From positions 64,234,001 to 64,298,000 of the forward strand of contig NC_045707.1 in assembly GCF_009834535.1 (NCBI RefSeq): a stretch of 64,000 nt of DNA, read 5' to 3'. Under the pieces are notes generated by a model that had not been told where the DNA came from, searched no databases, and saw nothing but the letters and a program-made list of their open reading frames with translations. Below are positions 24,836 through 38,409 of this stretch, one piece after another; position 1 is the first letter of the stretch; every line of letters begins with the position of its first letter. The stretch is from Camelus ferus (lineage: Eukaryota). The position numbers were made by a program, and so were the translations under genes.

Positions 24836-25345
24836 TGTAATAGGGAAGAACAGACCTGACTCCATATTAGATCTGTTCCTTTGGCTCTAACCCTGTGCTC
24901 TGTTTCCGGGGCTTAGTCCTGCTGGTTCTGCACCTTTTGTAAAAAAAATGCTGCCTACAGCCTGAAACATACAGGACGGCCCATTTTCAAGGCTCTGACC
25001 TTTATGGGTATAATGTTTTTCCATTCATGTAGAGCTAAAACAGAAAAGAGAATAACATTTGTCTTGCTGGAGGTTTACAGGGACACCAGGGCCTGACCTG
25101 TGTGGGCAAGAACAAAGGATTCAGGTACCAATGAGTTTGAGATGACCAACCACACCCCTTTCCCCTTTCTAGTATAACAGGAGCCTGAATTCTGACTTGG
25201 GGAAGATGGCTCTCCAGGACATTAGTCTGCCATCTTCTTAGTCTGCTGGCTTTCTGATAAAGTCGTTATTCCTTGCCCCAACACCTCATCTCCTGATTTA
25301 TTGGCCTATCATGGGGCGAGCAGAATGAGTTTGGACTCGATAACA
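24836..25345 (+). mobile_element. ERV1 solo LTR, MER41-like (cetartiodactyl type)
   Basis: TGTAA...TAACA termini, 510 bp, gactccat near the 5' end, TATA-like agtataa, gataaa poly(A)-like signal, 3' end ggcgagcagaatgagtttggactcgataaca; TSD caga/cagg. Confidence 0.75.
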
Positions 25346-26704
25346 CAGGGACTCTCTGATCTGGTGGTCCAGACTCATGTTGGTCCCATTTACAATCTCC
25401 CCACACCTTTCTTACCTCTGTCCCATCCTCTCTTCCCCTAGAGCCCAATTTCAGCCTTGAAACTTGAAGTGTTGCTTCCACTGTGTATGCGATTGTTTTG
25501 ACTAGTGCACACCTGACTTTGTTTGTTTTCCTGAAATGCCTCCCCTGAAATTCACTTTCCCAAGGGAACTCTCCTCATGGTTCTGATCTTGTTTCCTGCC
25601 TCTGCTAACCATGATGTCCAGAGGTTTTAATAGAACTAACTTCACTGAGACTTCAATTCCTCAATACGTGTTCTGCTTAATAGTTTAGCTTTGGTCTTCT
25701 TTAGGACTAACCCTCCATGACAATCTGGTTGGAGTGGCTCAGAAAGAAGAGCTGCCATCCAGTTGCTATGGGTGACGCTCTCCATCTGAAGTCACTCTCT
25801 TCACCTCTGCCACCTGCAGGCTGAGTGGTGGCACTTGCGGCTGCATGGGCTGCCTGGACAGTCCCAGAAGCCTCGCAAGACCCTGCCACAGTATTTGGCC
25901 CTTCTTGCCCACGGGAAGGACTGGACTCTCTTTGAAATGATTTAATTTAATGGATGACCTCTGCTCTTGGTCCTGCTATGTTTAAATAGTCACTTTTTTA
26001 ACAGTGTTGAGAACTGATCCTGATCATCTTCTTGCATCCTTTCCTTCCTACTGAGTTTACAGCTCCCCTCCTTACCAATGTGGTGCTAATGGAAGCCTTC
26101 ACTAAGATTCACCAATCAACTACACACTGAGCACTAACAAATATTTTGTTTGTAATGCAAAGCGTTATGGCAGGTGCAGTGGGGGAGGGAAGAAGTTATT
26201 CAGAAGTCGAAATGTCCCTTGGCCCTCCTTGCTCTCAGAAAGCTTAACATCCAATTGGGAAGACAGCTTGGGTGGAATTTGCTAAGAACTGAACGACTTG
26301 TAGTGATTAAAAAATGGAACTGGAGTTTGGAGAAGGGAGAGCAGATCATTTGGTTTGGCATGGTCCAGAAGGTCTTCATGAAGGAATTTGGAGCTTAAAC
26401 TGGCCATTGAAGAATTTGGAGAACTCCAGCAACAGGGGAGAGTTTTGTAAAATTGTATTTTTAGGCATGGTTATTACATCCATTGTCCATTTTCCTCTAT
26501 GTTTCTACTTTATATCCATATATCCATTGCCTTATTGTAGCTTGAGTTTGATCATAGGTTCCAAGCGGCAAAATACGAATTTTCTTTCACTCTTTTTGAT
26601 AAGCAGCAATGAGTACAGTTGGTGAAAATCATACATAATAGATTGTAGTTTCTAGCTGTCTTGTACAGAAACTGAAGTAAGTGTTCTGGGATTTGTACTG
26701 TTTT

Positions 26705-26880
26705 AACTTTAAAATTTTACAAAAATTATACAGTTTTTACAGGTTACTTTCCATTTGCAGTTATTACAAAATATTGGCTCTATTTCCTGTGTTGTACAAC
26801 GCATCCTTGAGCCCACGTTACACCCAATAGTTCGTACCTCCCACTCTTCCTCCCCCATGTGGCCCCTCCCGCCCTCGCTA
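26705..26880 (-). mobile_element. L1 3' UTR fragment
   Basis: Reverse complement reads gggaggtacgaactattgggtgtaa...ttgtacaacacaggaaatagagccaatattttgtaataact. Confidence 0.7.
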
Positions 26881-26987
26881 CTTCTTTTTAAAAAAAGAAG
26901 CAATGTAAATAGACTTTTGGAAAGTACAGAAAATTTACAGAGGAGAAGATAAAAATGCCTATAATCTCTCCAGAGAGATGTAAAAAA

Positions 26988-27258
26988 ATTTTATTGAAGT
27001 ATATAGTTGATTTACAATATTATATTAGTTTCAGATGTACAACATAGTGATTCATTTTTATACATTGCACTCCATCTAAAGTTATAAAATATTGGTTACA
27101 GTCCCCGCACTGTACCATCTATCCTTGTAGTTTATTTATTTTATACGTAGTTGTTTGCACGTCTTAATCTCCTTTTCCTATCATGCCCCTCCCCCACCCC
27201 TTTCCCAACTGGTCTCCACTAGTTTGTTCTCTACAAGTGTGAGTCTGTTTCTGTTTTT
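26988..27258 (-). mobile_element. L1 3' UTR fragment
   Basis: ttttattgaagtatatagttgatttacaatattatattagtttcagatgtacaacatagtgattc...ctagtttgttctc...gtgagtctgtttctgtttt. Confidence 0.85.
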
Positions 27259-27284
27259 CAATAAAATGTTTTGGTAGATGCCTG

Positions 27285-27398
27285 GAAGGATGGTCATGCA
27301 CAGTTAGGCTGGTTGTGTACTTCATAGCTTCAGGGATTGCCTTTCACATGGAATACAGTTGTCAATAGTACCCCTGGAGCACGGAAAGCAGTGGCCCT
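27285..27398. mobile_element. MER91B/C-like hAT-Tip100 MITE
   Basis: ggttgtgtact...caggg...ttcacat...cccctggag...ggccctg, a degenerate palindrome. Confidence 0.5.
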
Positions 27399-27714
27399 GA
27401 CACTCATACTTGGGACATATCCTCCTAATATAATTTCTTTTCATTTATTAATATTTTTAAATATTTTTATGTGTAATATTTATCTGAAATATACTTGGAA
27501 ATAGCTAACTATTTGATTTTTTAATGTATCACAATTTGAAACACATTTCCTACTATTTGACACTTGGAATTTTTTTCAACTTTTCAATTTAAATTAATGT
27601 TATAATGAACATCCACATAGGATAGAAGGATATGCATTTGAACTTTACTGTAATTTTTTTTTCCTGCAGGTTAAATTTCTAGAGTGAGACTTGGTAGAAA
27701 AAACAGAGCACTTA

Positions 27715-29150
27715 AACAAAATTTTTATTGGAGTAGAAGATATTCAGAGGAAGTGCACAAATCATAAACTGCACAGCTTATTAAAGTAGCACCTAGAACA
27801 AGAAACAGTATATTACTGGAATCCCACAAGCCCTCCTTGTGTTCCTCTGCATGATCCTCCAAGGGTAATCACTGTGCTGACTTCTGGTACCGTAGACTAT
27901 TTTGCCAACATTTGTACTTTATGCAAATGAAATCACATAGTGTTCATTGTTTGTGAGGTTCATCCACATCATGGCATATAGTTGAGGACTGTTTGTTCCA
28001 GTACTGCTAGAATTCCATTGTAGGATGACACCACAATTGATTGATCCATTCTACTATTGAAAAACATTTGGAAATACATGCACCCCAGTGTTCATAGCAG
28101 CACTATTTACCATAGCCAAGACATGGAAGCAACCTAAGTGTCCATCGACAGATGACTGGATAAAGTAGTTGTGGTATATTTATACAACGAAATACTACTC
28201 AACCATAAAAAAGAATAAAATAATGCCATCTGCAGCAACATGGATGGACCTAAGATGGTCATTCTAAGTGAAGTAAGCCAGAAACAGAAAGAAAAATACC
28301 ATGATATCACTCAATTGTGGAATCTAAAATAAAAAAAAAAAACGGACACTATGAACTCATCTACAAAACAGAAACAGACTCGCAGATATAGTAAACAATC
28401 TTATAGTTACTGGGGTAAGGATAAATTGGGGAGTTTGAGATTTGTAAATGTTAGCCACTATATATAAAAATAGATTTTAAAAAGTTTCTTCTGTATAGCA
28501 CAGGGAACTATATTCAATATCTTGTAATAACCTTTAATGAAAAAGAATATGAAAACAGATATATATGTATACACACACACACAAACACACATATATATGC
28601 ATGACTGGGACATTGTGCTGTACACCAGAAATTGACACATTGTAACTGACTGTACTTCAATTAAAAAACATTTTTTAAAAAATGATCGAATAACTGTTGC
28701 TGCCTAAGTGAAAAAAAAAAAAAAAAGAAAACGAACCATTTAGCTAGCTTGCAGTTTTGGACTGCTGCACACGGTGCTGCTAAGAACCCCTCAGTACCTG
28801 TCTTTTGGTGAACATATGTAGGAGTTTCCATCAGGCATATGCCTAGTTAGGAAGTTGTGGGAGATGCAAATATATTCAGCTTTAGGAAACTGCCAGACTG
28901 TGCTTATCTTCCCACCAGCAATGTCAGAGTTCTGGCTCCTCCACATCATTGCCTGTGTTGTCTGTCTTAGCTATACTGGTGAGTGCACACTGGTATTTCA
29001 TTGTAGGTATAATTCACATTTTTTTTCTGATGGCTAATGTAAGCACTTTCTCATATGCTCACAGTTATTGGCCATTTGGAAATCCTCTTTTGTAATACAT
29101 CTGTTCAAGTCTTTTGCCCATTGTTCTAATGAGTTTTTTTTCCCCTACAG
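27715..29150 (-). mobile_element. Old L1ME/MD-like 3' region split by a young L1
   Basis: Antisense L1M motifs on both sides of 28072-28730 (gatccattctactattga...catttg | cagttttgg...tcttttggtgaacatatg). Confidence 0.7.
28072..28730 (+). mobile_element. Young camelid-type L1: ORF2 C-terminus, 3' UTR and A tail
   Basis: Translates TCTPVFIAALFTIAKTWKQPKCPSTDDWIK*LWYIYT (L1 ORF2 end); the 3' UTR matches 9038-9197. Confidence 0.92.
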
Positions 29151-32100
29151 GTTATAGGAGGGACCTACACATTTTGTTTAAAGATCCTCTTCAAAACTTA
29201 AGTGGCATGCACAAATATTTAATTTATCGTGCACTAGGGAGAAGAGATAATCCTTGGAATTCACACGAGCCAAAGGAAAATCTGTTGTGTGAAGAGAAGC
29301 AAAGGGATTTACTTTAGATCTTCAAGCATATTTTAATTCTAATATGGAATTTTTAAAATAGTGCTTTCCATAAAATCCCTGATGTCTCACAGTGCATGAA
29401 ACAAAGTGCAAAAATATAGGTGTTTATCCTGACATTTAATTTAGAACTATTGAAAAAAAATCGAATTGTGTGAATGTTCCAGTCTGGCGATCTGAAAGTA
29501 AAATGATAAGGAAACAATTTTAAATTTTCTAAAGAAGAAACGAAGAAAAGAACTATTCTAAAAATGTTCAAGTTTCAAAATGTATCTCTATTTAGATGGT
29601 GTTGATATATCCAGGGACATGTAGCAGATGTGCTGGCCTGTTTCCAAGCCCTGCTTAGAGGTTTCGAATCAAGGAAGACTGTTACATTATGTGTGAAATG
29701 CCACTTCAGTTCAGAGTCTTCCAGTAAATTGGTAGTACCCACTACATAGTCTTTTCGGGCTGATTAGTGGGAAAAGCACTCCCAGCTGCAAATATCCACA
29801 AGTTTAAATAATTTTTAAGGAAAAAAGGGCAGGAAACATCATTCGATCCATCCCTGGGCTCTTCTAGGCACTGTAGGATGTATGATTTTGAATGTCTAAA
29901 ATTAGGTGGAATTAAGGGCCATACTATTCCTCCTTCAAGGAAAATAATAATTCTGTATGATTTTTAACATTTACTGCATAAATTATGTGGGTAAAAAAGG
30001 TTGAAGTTAAGAATTAAGTCGAGTGAAGTCTCACTAGTCCGTTGGGCAGTCTTCCAAAGAAATCTTAACAAATTGGACCAGTTTCATCAATTTTGAACTG
30101 GACAAGCTACAGGTGGAAGACTCTGTGTTACTTTCTTAGCTGTGAAAGGATCATCCTCATCAAATATTGAACATAACGTATGTGAGAGCTTGTACGATGC
30201 GGTCTTTGAAATATTAGGAAAACGGTATTCTGTAGAAAAAAGACCAAAGATAGCTTCAGGAGTGTGTGCTCAGTCTTTTGCATCTGGCTTTACTCTCGAT
30301 CTCTTTTTCTTTTCTTGTGGAGCAGAGTGGTTTTTACTGGTTTGTGGAAAGGTCAAAAAAAAGATATTTTAACTTGATAATAAAAGGCAAATAAGAGAAT
30401 ATATAAACAAGTAATGAAGGAACAAAGGTTTTTTTGTTGTTGTTTTTTTCCAGTCCATCAAGAATTTCCTAAAGAAATCACAGATTTCACCCAGGTAATC
30501 AGCATCTAACTAAGTTCATTTCTCTGAAATCGTTCCTAAGTTCACATAGGAAACTTTCCAAATAAACAAAATGTGGGTCACCATCAACCCCACAAGATAA
30601 AAAATCGAGGGTAACTCTTAGGGAAATTTTGGTTGACTTGACTAGAAGAACAGCTGCTCTTCATGGATTTCATCAACTCATGTGATTTCATCAGCAAATG
30701 TTGCCTTTCTTTCTTCTCTGGACTTTTGACCCACGATGATCATCAATTTAAGATCAAGGCACATGACCCAGCATTATTGTTCTGGGACTTATTATAGAAA
30801 GAAAATAAATCAAGAAAAAAGGAGCAAGTTCCAAATTAACAAAGAGCATCATACAGAAGAGGTCAGTGGGGACTCCTTTTTTTGATTTAACTAGGGCTAA
30901 AATGACTTCTGCATGATACGAGTAAATCAAGTATTTTAGGCTCTCGCGTTGGAATTGAAGTATCATCTCTTTTAAGTTTTTTGAACAAAGAGGCCAAATA
31001 TTATAGTATTATATATGACTTTTCTTTGCTAAATGAACATAAATATTTTCCAGATATATTTTTTCATAGCATCTTATAAGAGAATACCTTAAGGCATGAG
31101 ATTCTTGAGTGGCTTGTGGAAACAGTATCATGACTTCTAATCATGCCTCATGTCTTTCTAGGGTATGGATTTCTATCCTCACACACAAAAGCTGTGTGAA
31201 CAAGATGGATCAAAAAAGATCATGACGGACTATACTTGAAAAAGAACTCTCCAAATTAGAAAAAAAGGTAAAAAGAAGAAATACAAAATTATGATAGGAT
31301 GGTTTACTTGAAACTTACCATTTTAATCATGTCTTCTGCCTACAGGATTCACAGCATGGAGATCTAGTCAGACAATTTTAAAGTTAGGTTTTAGGCACTT
31401 TATAAAGGTCAGCTTTAAGGCAACCACTGAGTTAGAGAAGCTAGATCTGATCATAAATCTGAGAAGATACTAACTTTAGATTTTCTCTTTGTGCTGAGAA
31501 AGTTTCAGACAATATTGTCTCTGAAGCACAGAGGTACCAGAATTACCTTGTGTAAAAATGAATGCCATTTTCCTGCTCAAAAATGTTTAGTTGATTTCTC
31601 TTTATCTTCTGGATTAAGCTCAGACTCCTTAATCTGACATTCAGGAGTCTGTGATCTAGATTTCCATTCTTACTGCCTATTATTATTACTCGTTCTTAAA
31701 GTATGGTCTTTGTATTTTGTGTACCAAAATAAAACCGAATGCTTATTAAAGTTGAAACTCAAGCTCTTCAGATAATTCTTATGCATATTATTTGCTGAGA
31801 TCCCCTACCTACATGAGCCCTCAGCACCAACAAGTGCGACCTGATGTCCCCAACGGGCTTCCTAGGGTTTTATCTTTGGGCTCTGGTTCATAACACTCTA
31901 GGCAAGTCTTTTCTTTCTATCTCATTCATCAGTCAAAACTCAACTCAGTTCAAGCCTCCTTCATGAAACCATTTTGGGGTGGTTTCTTCTGAGCTTTATT
32001 TTTTTTTTTCCATCTGTGAAAGGGTAAAATAATGAACTAAAAATAAAAGGATTATTGTGAGATAATACTATTGCTACAACTAAAACTTGAGTCCCAGAGC

Positions 32101-32449
32101 TCAGAGATGGTTCTACCAGTGTGATGTAGGATTAGGATTCAGGTTTGAGTAATTTCAAGGAAATTCATGCTCTTGCTCACTGTTGCCCCTGGCAACGTAA
32201 GCATGTTGAACGGCTGAGTTGGTTAATGGTGCCCTTTCCATCCATTTTACTCAGTTAGAGCAGCTACAAACATTTGGACTTGAAGACAATCAGTGAACTC
32301 ATTTTGCAAGATAGGAATCAAACTGGGAGTTTTAAATAAAATTTTCCCAGAAGGTCAGTCAATTAAAAAACACAGCAGAAAATATTGGTCTTTCAGAATT
32401 TTCAGGGGTACGCCCATTTAATTGCATTTTTTTTCCATTTTTGTGTATA

Positions 32450-32582
32450 TAAATCTTTATTGAAGTATAGCCAGTTTACAATGCTGTGTCCATTTCTGGT
32501 GTACAGCATAATACTTCAGTCCTACATGAACATATGTATATTCATTTTCATAGTCTTTTCACCATCGATTACTACAAGATAA
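32450..32582 (-). mobile_element. Short young L1 3' end
   Basis: tttattgaagtatagccagtttacaatgctgtgtccatttctggtgtacagcataat...tactacaagata. Confidence 0.8.
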
Positions 32583-33759
32583 TTCTAGGAAAACTCTGGA
32601 CCCCTGAGTATGCTGGGATCTTGGTGAGTTTATGTAGATCCTAGAGTCATGTAAACCTGGATCAGCATCTGGTCCAGGGGAGGGAGGGACAGGTGGAATT
32701 CAGACTCTCCTCAAATGTTTCTGGATCTGACTAGACCACCATAAGCAGAAGGAAGTAGGAGAAAAGATTTGAAATAAAACTTGCTCTAGAGGGTGTCAAT
32801 AATAAATCAAGGTTCGTTACCAGAAAGCAACTAACAAGAACTAACAAGCATGCTTGTGTCTGTTCAAGACGGACTGACGACACTTAGCTGGCAGTGGGCT
32901 TGTTTAGGCTGGGAGACTCCCTAATCCCAAGTTTCTAAACCATTTTATATACTCCCACAATAGCTTTTTGCTAATAGATGTTTAGTTCTGCACTGTTATC
33001 TCTGCATCATCTCTTAGCTCCCCCCCCCCTTTTCAGACAAAGAGACATTTCTGAAGAGCTTTCGCGTTTCCTTCAACGGGTTTCTTTCAGTGTGCTTCCT
33101 TAATAGCCTCACTTCTCTGTCCCTTTAATTTGAAAATGTAAATACGAAATAAAACCCTTTGGATGAGGAAATTTACAAGAAAAGTATTAGAGTGAAACTG
33201 TCAATAGACAGAGAGAGGTATTTCCTGGCTTGCGAATTCAGTTTAAAATGTGGGAAAAGGCTTTTTAAAGTAGTCATTGCAGAGAAAGCACCTGAGATCA
33301 ACCTGCTAGAGTCTGAGGGGACCCTAGAAGGTAAGTGAATGTTGGGAAATAATAGTCTTGCCAGGGAAAACGTTACACTCACTCTTTCAAGGAGAACAGA
33401 GCTTTCCTGACAAATGGTCAAAGGACTCAACCACTGCACACTTAGAGGCATTACCAGTTTTCAAAGGATTTTCCCAAGAAGAGAAGGGGTAGCCAAGGGA
33501 ATGAGCCAAGACTGAATTAAATAAGAGATACAGGTTTGTCTGGACCTTGGATTTCACTGTTATAAAATAGAGAGGGACACTCAGATTTGGAAGAGCCTTC
33601 AAGCTTTTCTGAATCATTCCACCTCTCCCTCCTTTTCCATCTTAAAATCTCTCATCTAGTGTGTTGTATTTTTTAATTTCAAGAATTTCTACGTAGTTGT
33701 TTTTTCAGTTCATCTCCTCTCCTTCAGTTTTGGAATCTGATAGATTTGGGTTTAATCTT

Positions 33760-34189
33760 TGTTATGAGTTGAATGCTTGTATCCCCCCAAATTCATATGT
33801 TAAAGTGCTAACCGCACTGTAGATGTATTTAGAAATGGGACTTCCAAGGAAGTAATTAAAGTTAACTGAGGTCATGAGGGTGGGCCCTGATCCAATAAGA
33901 TTTGTGTCCTTAAGAGGAGACACCGGAGATCTAGTGCTCTCTCTCCATTTCTCTCTCTGTCTCTCTCCACCCCCTAGTTCCGTCTACTATGTGTACACAC
34001 TGAGGAAATACCATGTGAGGATATAATGAAAAGGCATCTGCAAGCTAGGAAGAAAGCTTTCACCAGAAACCAAATCAGCTGGAACCTTAACCTTGGACTT
34101 CAAGCCTCCAAACTGTGAGAAAATTAATTTCTGTTATTTAAACCACTCAGCCTGGTATTTTTGTTAGGCAGCCAGAGCTGACTGATACA
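33760..34189 (+). mobile_element. MLT1A0-like solo LTR inserted into a MIR
   Basis: TG...CA termini, ccccaaattcatatgtt, ttggacttcaagcctccaaactgtgagaaa; perfect 5-bp TSD atctt. MIR sequence lies on both sides (33725-33759 and 34195-34360). Confidence 0.9.
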
Positions 34190-35899
34190 ATCTTGTTTCT
34201 CTTATCATCTGTGGGATCTAAAGACTCAAACTCCCTGAGCCACAGTTTTATCAACTGTGAAACAGTCTAATGACATCCAACTCCAAGGGCAGTGTAAGGA
34301 TTAAATGTGAAAAATGCATGTAAAAGCTGCTTGTATATAACAGACATAATACATTTTACCTTACCCTTCCCTTCTCTATGGTTGGACATCTTCAGAAATA
34401 AGGCGTACTACACTCTCAGGCAGCTAATTTCAGTTTTGAACATCTCTGATTTTTAAAAATCCCTCCTTTTGATTATGTAATTTGTGTTCTTCTATCTATT
34501 GGTGCTATGGGAGGGAGGGTTTGGGGGCCAAAAACCAAACCCTCTCTGATCTGCCATATTTTTGAACCAACTGAAAAATAAAGCACAGGTGTCAGACAGC
34601 ATCAAAACATCAGCCACATTGATATACCTGGATTGGCAAAAGCAGCTTGAGATCACACCTACGTGGATTTCCAATGCTCAGTTGGACCTACTAAGCTCTA
34701 GGTCACATGTGCAGTAGGAACCCTCTCCCCACACAGAGGGCAGAGGCTGCCCCAGGAGCAGACCCAAGGAACCCCCCTGCAAGGAAATCCAGAAGAAGGA
34801 CAGAAAGGCAGGGCTGAGCATGCTCAGTTCTCTCTCCCAGATTTGCTAGTCGGATAAATCATTGCTTCTCCTCGGTGAGGAGGGAGGGAGGGTAGATATG
34901 TTACTTCAATATCATTCACACTTGGGAGTAGAGGTTCCCATGTGGAAGCATTAGGAGAGGGGAAAAAGGATTTCCCTAACCATAACTTCAGTTTCCAAAA
35001 ATAAAATGTGACTTAAATGTTGAAGAAGAAGCTGAGGCCCAGCAGGTGCTGACATGTCTTAGTGTAAGTCCTGAAGGGAAATCTGAAACTGTACGGGAGC
35101 ACACAGAGGTCCTCCCGCCATGTGTATCTGTATCAGTATCGGCACCTGTTGTCGGACCTCAGTAAACACAGGTAGCTGGGAGGGAAAGTGCAGAGCAGGG
35201 ATGAATTAAAAGCAGAACAAGAGGACAGACAGGTAAGATTTGTATTCAAAGCTATGAGGAGGGGAGATGTGTAGTCAGGGAAGTCTAGAAGAAGTTACCA
35301 ACACTTAACAGAAGTGATGGAGGGAAGAGAAAAAAAGTGGGGTTGGAGAATTTTTTTTAAGGTAAACTATAAGATGAAAGGGAAATTTTTAAAGATAAAA
35401 CACAAAAATGTAAGGAAAGACAATCTTCTGACTAGAGCAGCTGTTTATATATGTAGATGCGATAATGTAGGCATTTCAAGGAAAAGTTAAATAGTTAAAT
35501 TGAGGGAAATCTAGCACAAGCTAGAAAGAAGTACGTCAAAAACGAGAAGAGGCTAGGTTAAAGGAAGTAAAAAAATTTGTAAAAATTTGAAACATTCCCC
35601 TTTCATCCCACCCATGATATGCATTTTCATTGTCAAGGTTATTTGACACACCTTAGCTGTTTAGTGTTGGAAATATTCAAAGTATTCATTTGTCATGTGA
35701 TCATGGATGTCTAAATTGGTTCCGCAAAGGTGCTTGTGTCTCCCACATTTTGTAACATTTTCACTGAGTCTAAGTTCTCATCAGTTGTAAAATGTGATGC
35801 ATTTACCTACCACAAAGAAAGAAAAAAATGCTGCCTATTAAACTCAGACATACTTTCAGGTTGCAAGATGCTTCCAGATCTCAGAAATGTTGAAATGGG

Positions 35900-36112
35900 A
35901 AAAACGTATTTTAAAATTTGGTGAAATATAGTATTTTATTTTCTTGGTAGCATTTATCAGAAGTTGAAATGATGCCGTTTATTGATCACATCAATTTTCT
36001 GTCTCTTTCCTTGAGAATTTAAGCTCCTTGAAGGTAGGAACTTTTCCTCCCTTATTCATGGCTATATGTCTGTCTTGTATTTACACATAACGGAGAATAT
36101 TGTTTGATGACT
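35900..36112 (+). mobile_element. L2 3' end
   Basis: ttctgtctctttccttgagaatttaagctccttgaaggtaggaac. Confidence 0.6.
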
Positions 36113-37029
36113 GGCTATTCTTGCACAAGGGAGTGAGGGAAGAAGAGAATAAGGAGAAGCTGGGATGCATTTGGCCCTTTCAGTCACTCACTCAAGAAGG
36201 GTATTTTTCATTAATTAATCCTCTCATTCAAAAATATTTTAGGTGTCCACCCCTCTTCGCAGTACAGAGTACCCACATCACCACCACCAGCACCACACAC
36301 ATTCTCTTCCAGTACTTGGCTCATCCCTCCATTTTATCTGGGGTTGCAGACTAGCTCTAAAGAGTAGTATGACCACTGTGTATAGCTGAGTTACCCTGGG
36401 GATCCCCTCAGAAGTTTCCATATTGAAGAACAAGAACATCTCTCAGAAATTCAAACAATAGCCAAGTTTTCCTCTAGGGTAGAAACAGCTCATGGTTTCT
36501 TTTGATGGGCAGCAGATCAAAGAATTGATACATAGGAGCCATGCATATGAGAAATATATATCCCTAAATCTTAAAGTCACACACGGTGTGGAGAGATGCT
36601 TTCACTAGTGGTAAGGGTGATGCAGAAGCAGCTGGTCCAGGCCTCCCATTACAAAGGCACGTGCTCTTTCCGTGCAAGGCAAGTAAATTACGGGCAGTAT
36701 TTAGATCTTTGACTCTTTTTATTTTCCTTTTGGTACGCAGATAGTGGAAGTAGAGTAGGTTCTAAGTGCATAGGGTGCCATCCCATAGATCATCTTTATC
36801 TAACTTTGCATCCTGGTAAGATGTTCTCTTGCAAGATGAATATGGAATTGATTTATATTTATACCATTATGAATTATTTTTATTTATGACACCATCTGTT
36901 ATTTCTAATAAGAATGCTTTATATTTCCAGAGCCATTTAAATATGTGTCACATTTCTACGTTGCTTCACTTTACCATGCTCCTGGGTCAGATGAGATACC
37001 GTAGAGTGGCCTCTATATTCCAAGGGCCC

Positions 37030-37410
37030 AGCTTCAATAACTGGTCTACCACCTACTAGCTGTGAAATGTTGGAAAAATTACCTGTCTTCTCTGTGCTTC
37101 AGTTTCTTCCTCTCCAAAGTGGGGATGAAACAATAACCCATTTCTAGGGCTGCTGTAAGGATTAAATTCAATAATTCATATAAACTTTTTACCAACAGTG
37201 TGTGGCTATACCAATAGAATGACCATGCAGTAAGATATGAGCAGCTAGCTACTGAGCGTCCACCATGGTTATCTTATTTGATTCTCATCCAGCGCTATCA
37301 ATGAGGAGTAATAGGTAACTCTCATTTCATAGGAAAGAAACAGGTTTTGAAAAGTCAGGAATATTCCCCAAGTCCACAGGTCCTGCCTGGTAAATGTCAG
37401 AACCTGTATT
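37030..37410. mobile_element. Two opposed MIRs (+ then -)
   Basis: cctactagctgtgaaatgttggaaaaattacc...ctgtgcttcagtttcttc, followed by the antisense core ctcatttcataggaaagaaacagg. Confidence 0.65.
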
Positions 37411-38395
37411 TTGTAGTAGAGTATCCCTGAGATCATCTGGCATCTAAGAACGTTCTTTAAATTCCTTAAGAACTTTCCTGAAATAAGATTCCTTTCAGTT
37501 GTTTTGTTATATGTTTTTACTGTAGTTCCTGGGACCCTGAAGAGCCATGTGCTACTACTAACAGTTGGGGGAAGCCACTGAGATACAGCATGAGAGACAC
37601 CTTCAGACCAAAATCCATCTCAACCAGATGAGTTCAGTCCCTGGACCAAGGGCTAGGTCCAACAGTCACTCAGTCTTTATGTATAATTTCTGGAGTGTAT
37701 GTTCGTGGTATTGTTATCATCACAATGTATTATTTATTGAGTGCCATCCCTTTATGTGGAGCTGTGTGGAACACACACCAGACAGGGTTTTCCCCCCAAG
37801 GAAATGGAAATGAAATTCAGATGGTCACGATTCATGAGATAACAAGAAAGCTACTCAGGGTGTGCAAACGAGGTTTGCAATGGGATCAGCCTTGGAAGGC
37901 TCAGCGAAAGGAAGTGTTTGATAGGACAGGAAGAGGGGGAAGTTGCTTGGCACTGGAGGAATGAGACCCGTTTCCAGGTACAGGAAGCATCGTGAAGGTC
38001 AGCGACAAAACGATAAAAAATAAAAGTGGGAGGTGGAAGAGAGAACACCAGGATGACTGAGCCATCAGAAAGGAGCATGGTGGGGAGGAGAAGAATGAGG
38101 ACAAATGAGCCAGTCCAGAGTTGTGTATTTGTGGCTGGGGCTTGGTGCCATGTGCTGTTCGCCCTGGGGCGAACTGAAGGAACACGCCCTGCCTTGTTAA
38201 GGGAGGTGGCTGCATATGGCTGCCTAGACCAGGCTAGGAGTGGAAAGTCATATCACATCTGTACTGGTTTTTCATCTCTGTTCGGTTTTGTTTGTTCAAG
38301 TTAATGAAAATGATGTGCTATTGTTTTGTAGTGATGCCAGAAAAAGTTTCACCAGAGACTTCAAAAATGTTTTTGGTGCTGTGCCCATTTCATGT

Positions 38396-38409
38396 GGTTT
38401 CACTTTCCC
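38396..38409. promoter_or_regulatory. ISRE/IRF-E motif GGTTTCACTTTCCC overlapping RUNX TGTGGTT
   Basis: Matches GTTTCNNTTTC; motif only. Confidence 0.3.
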
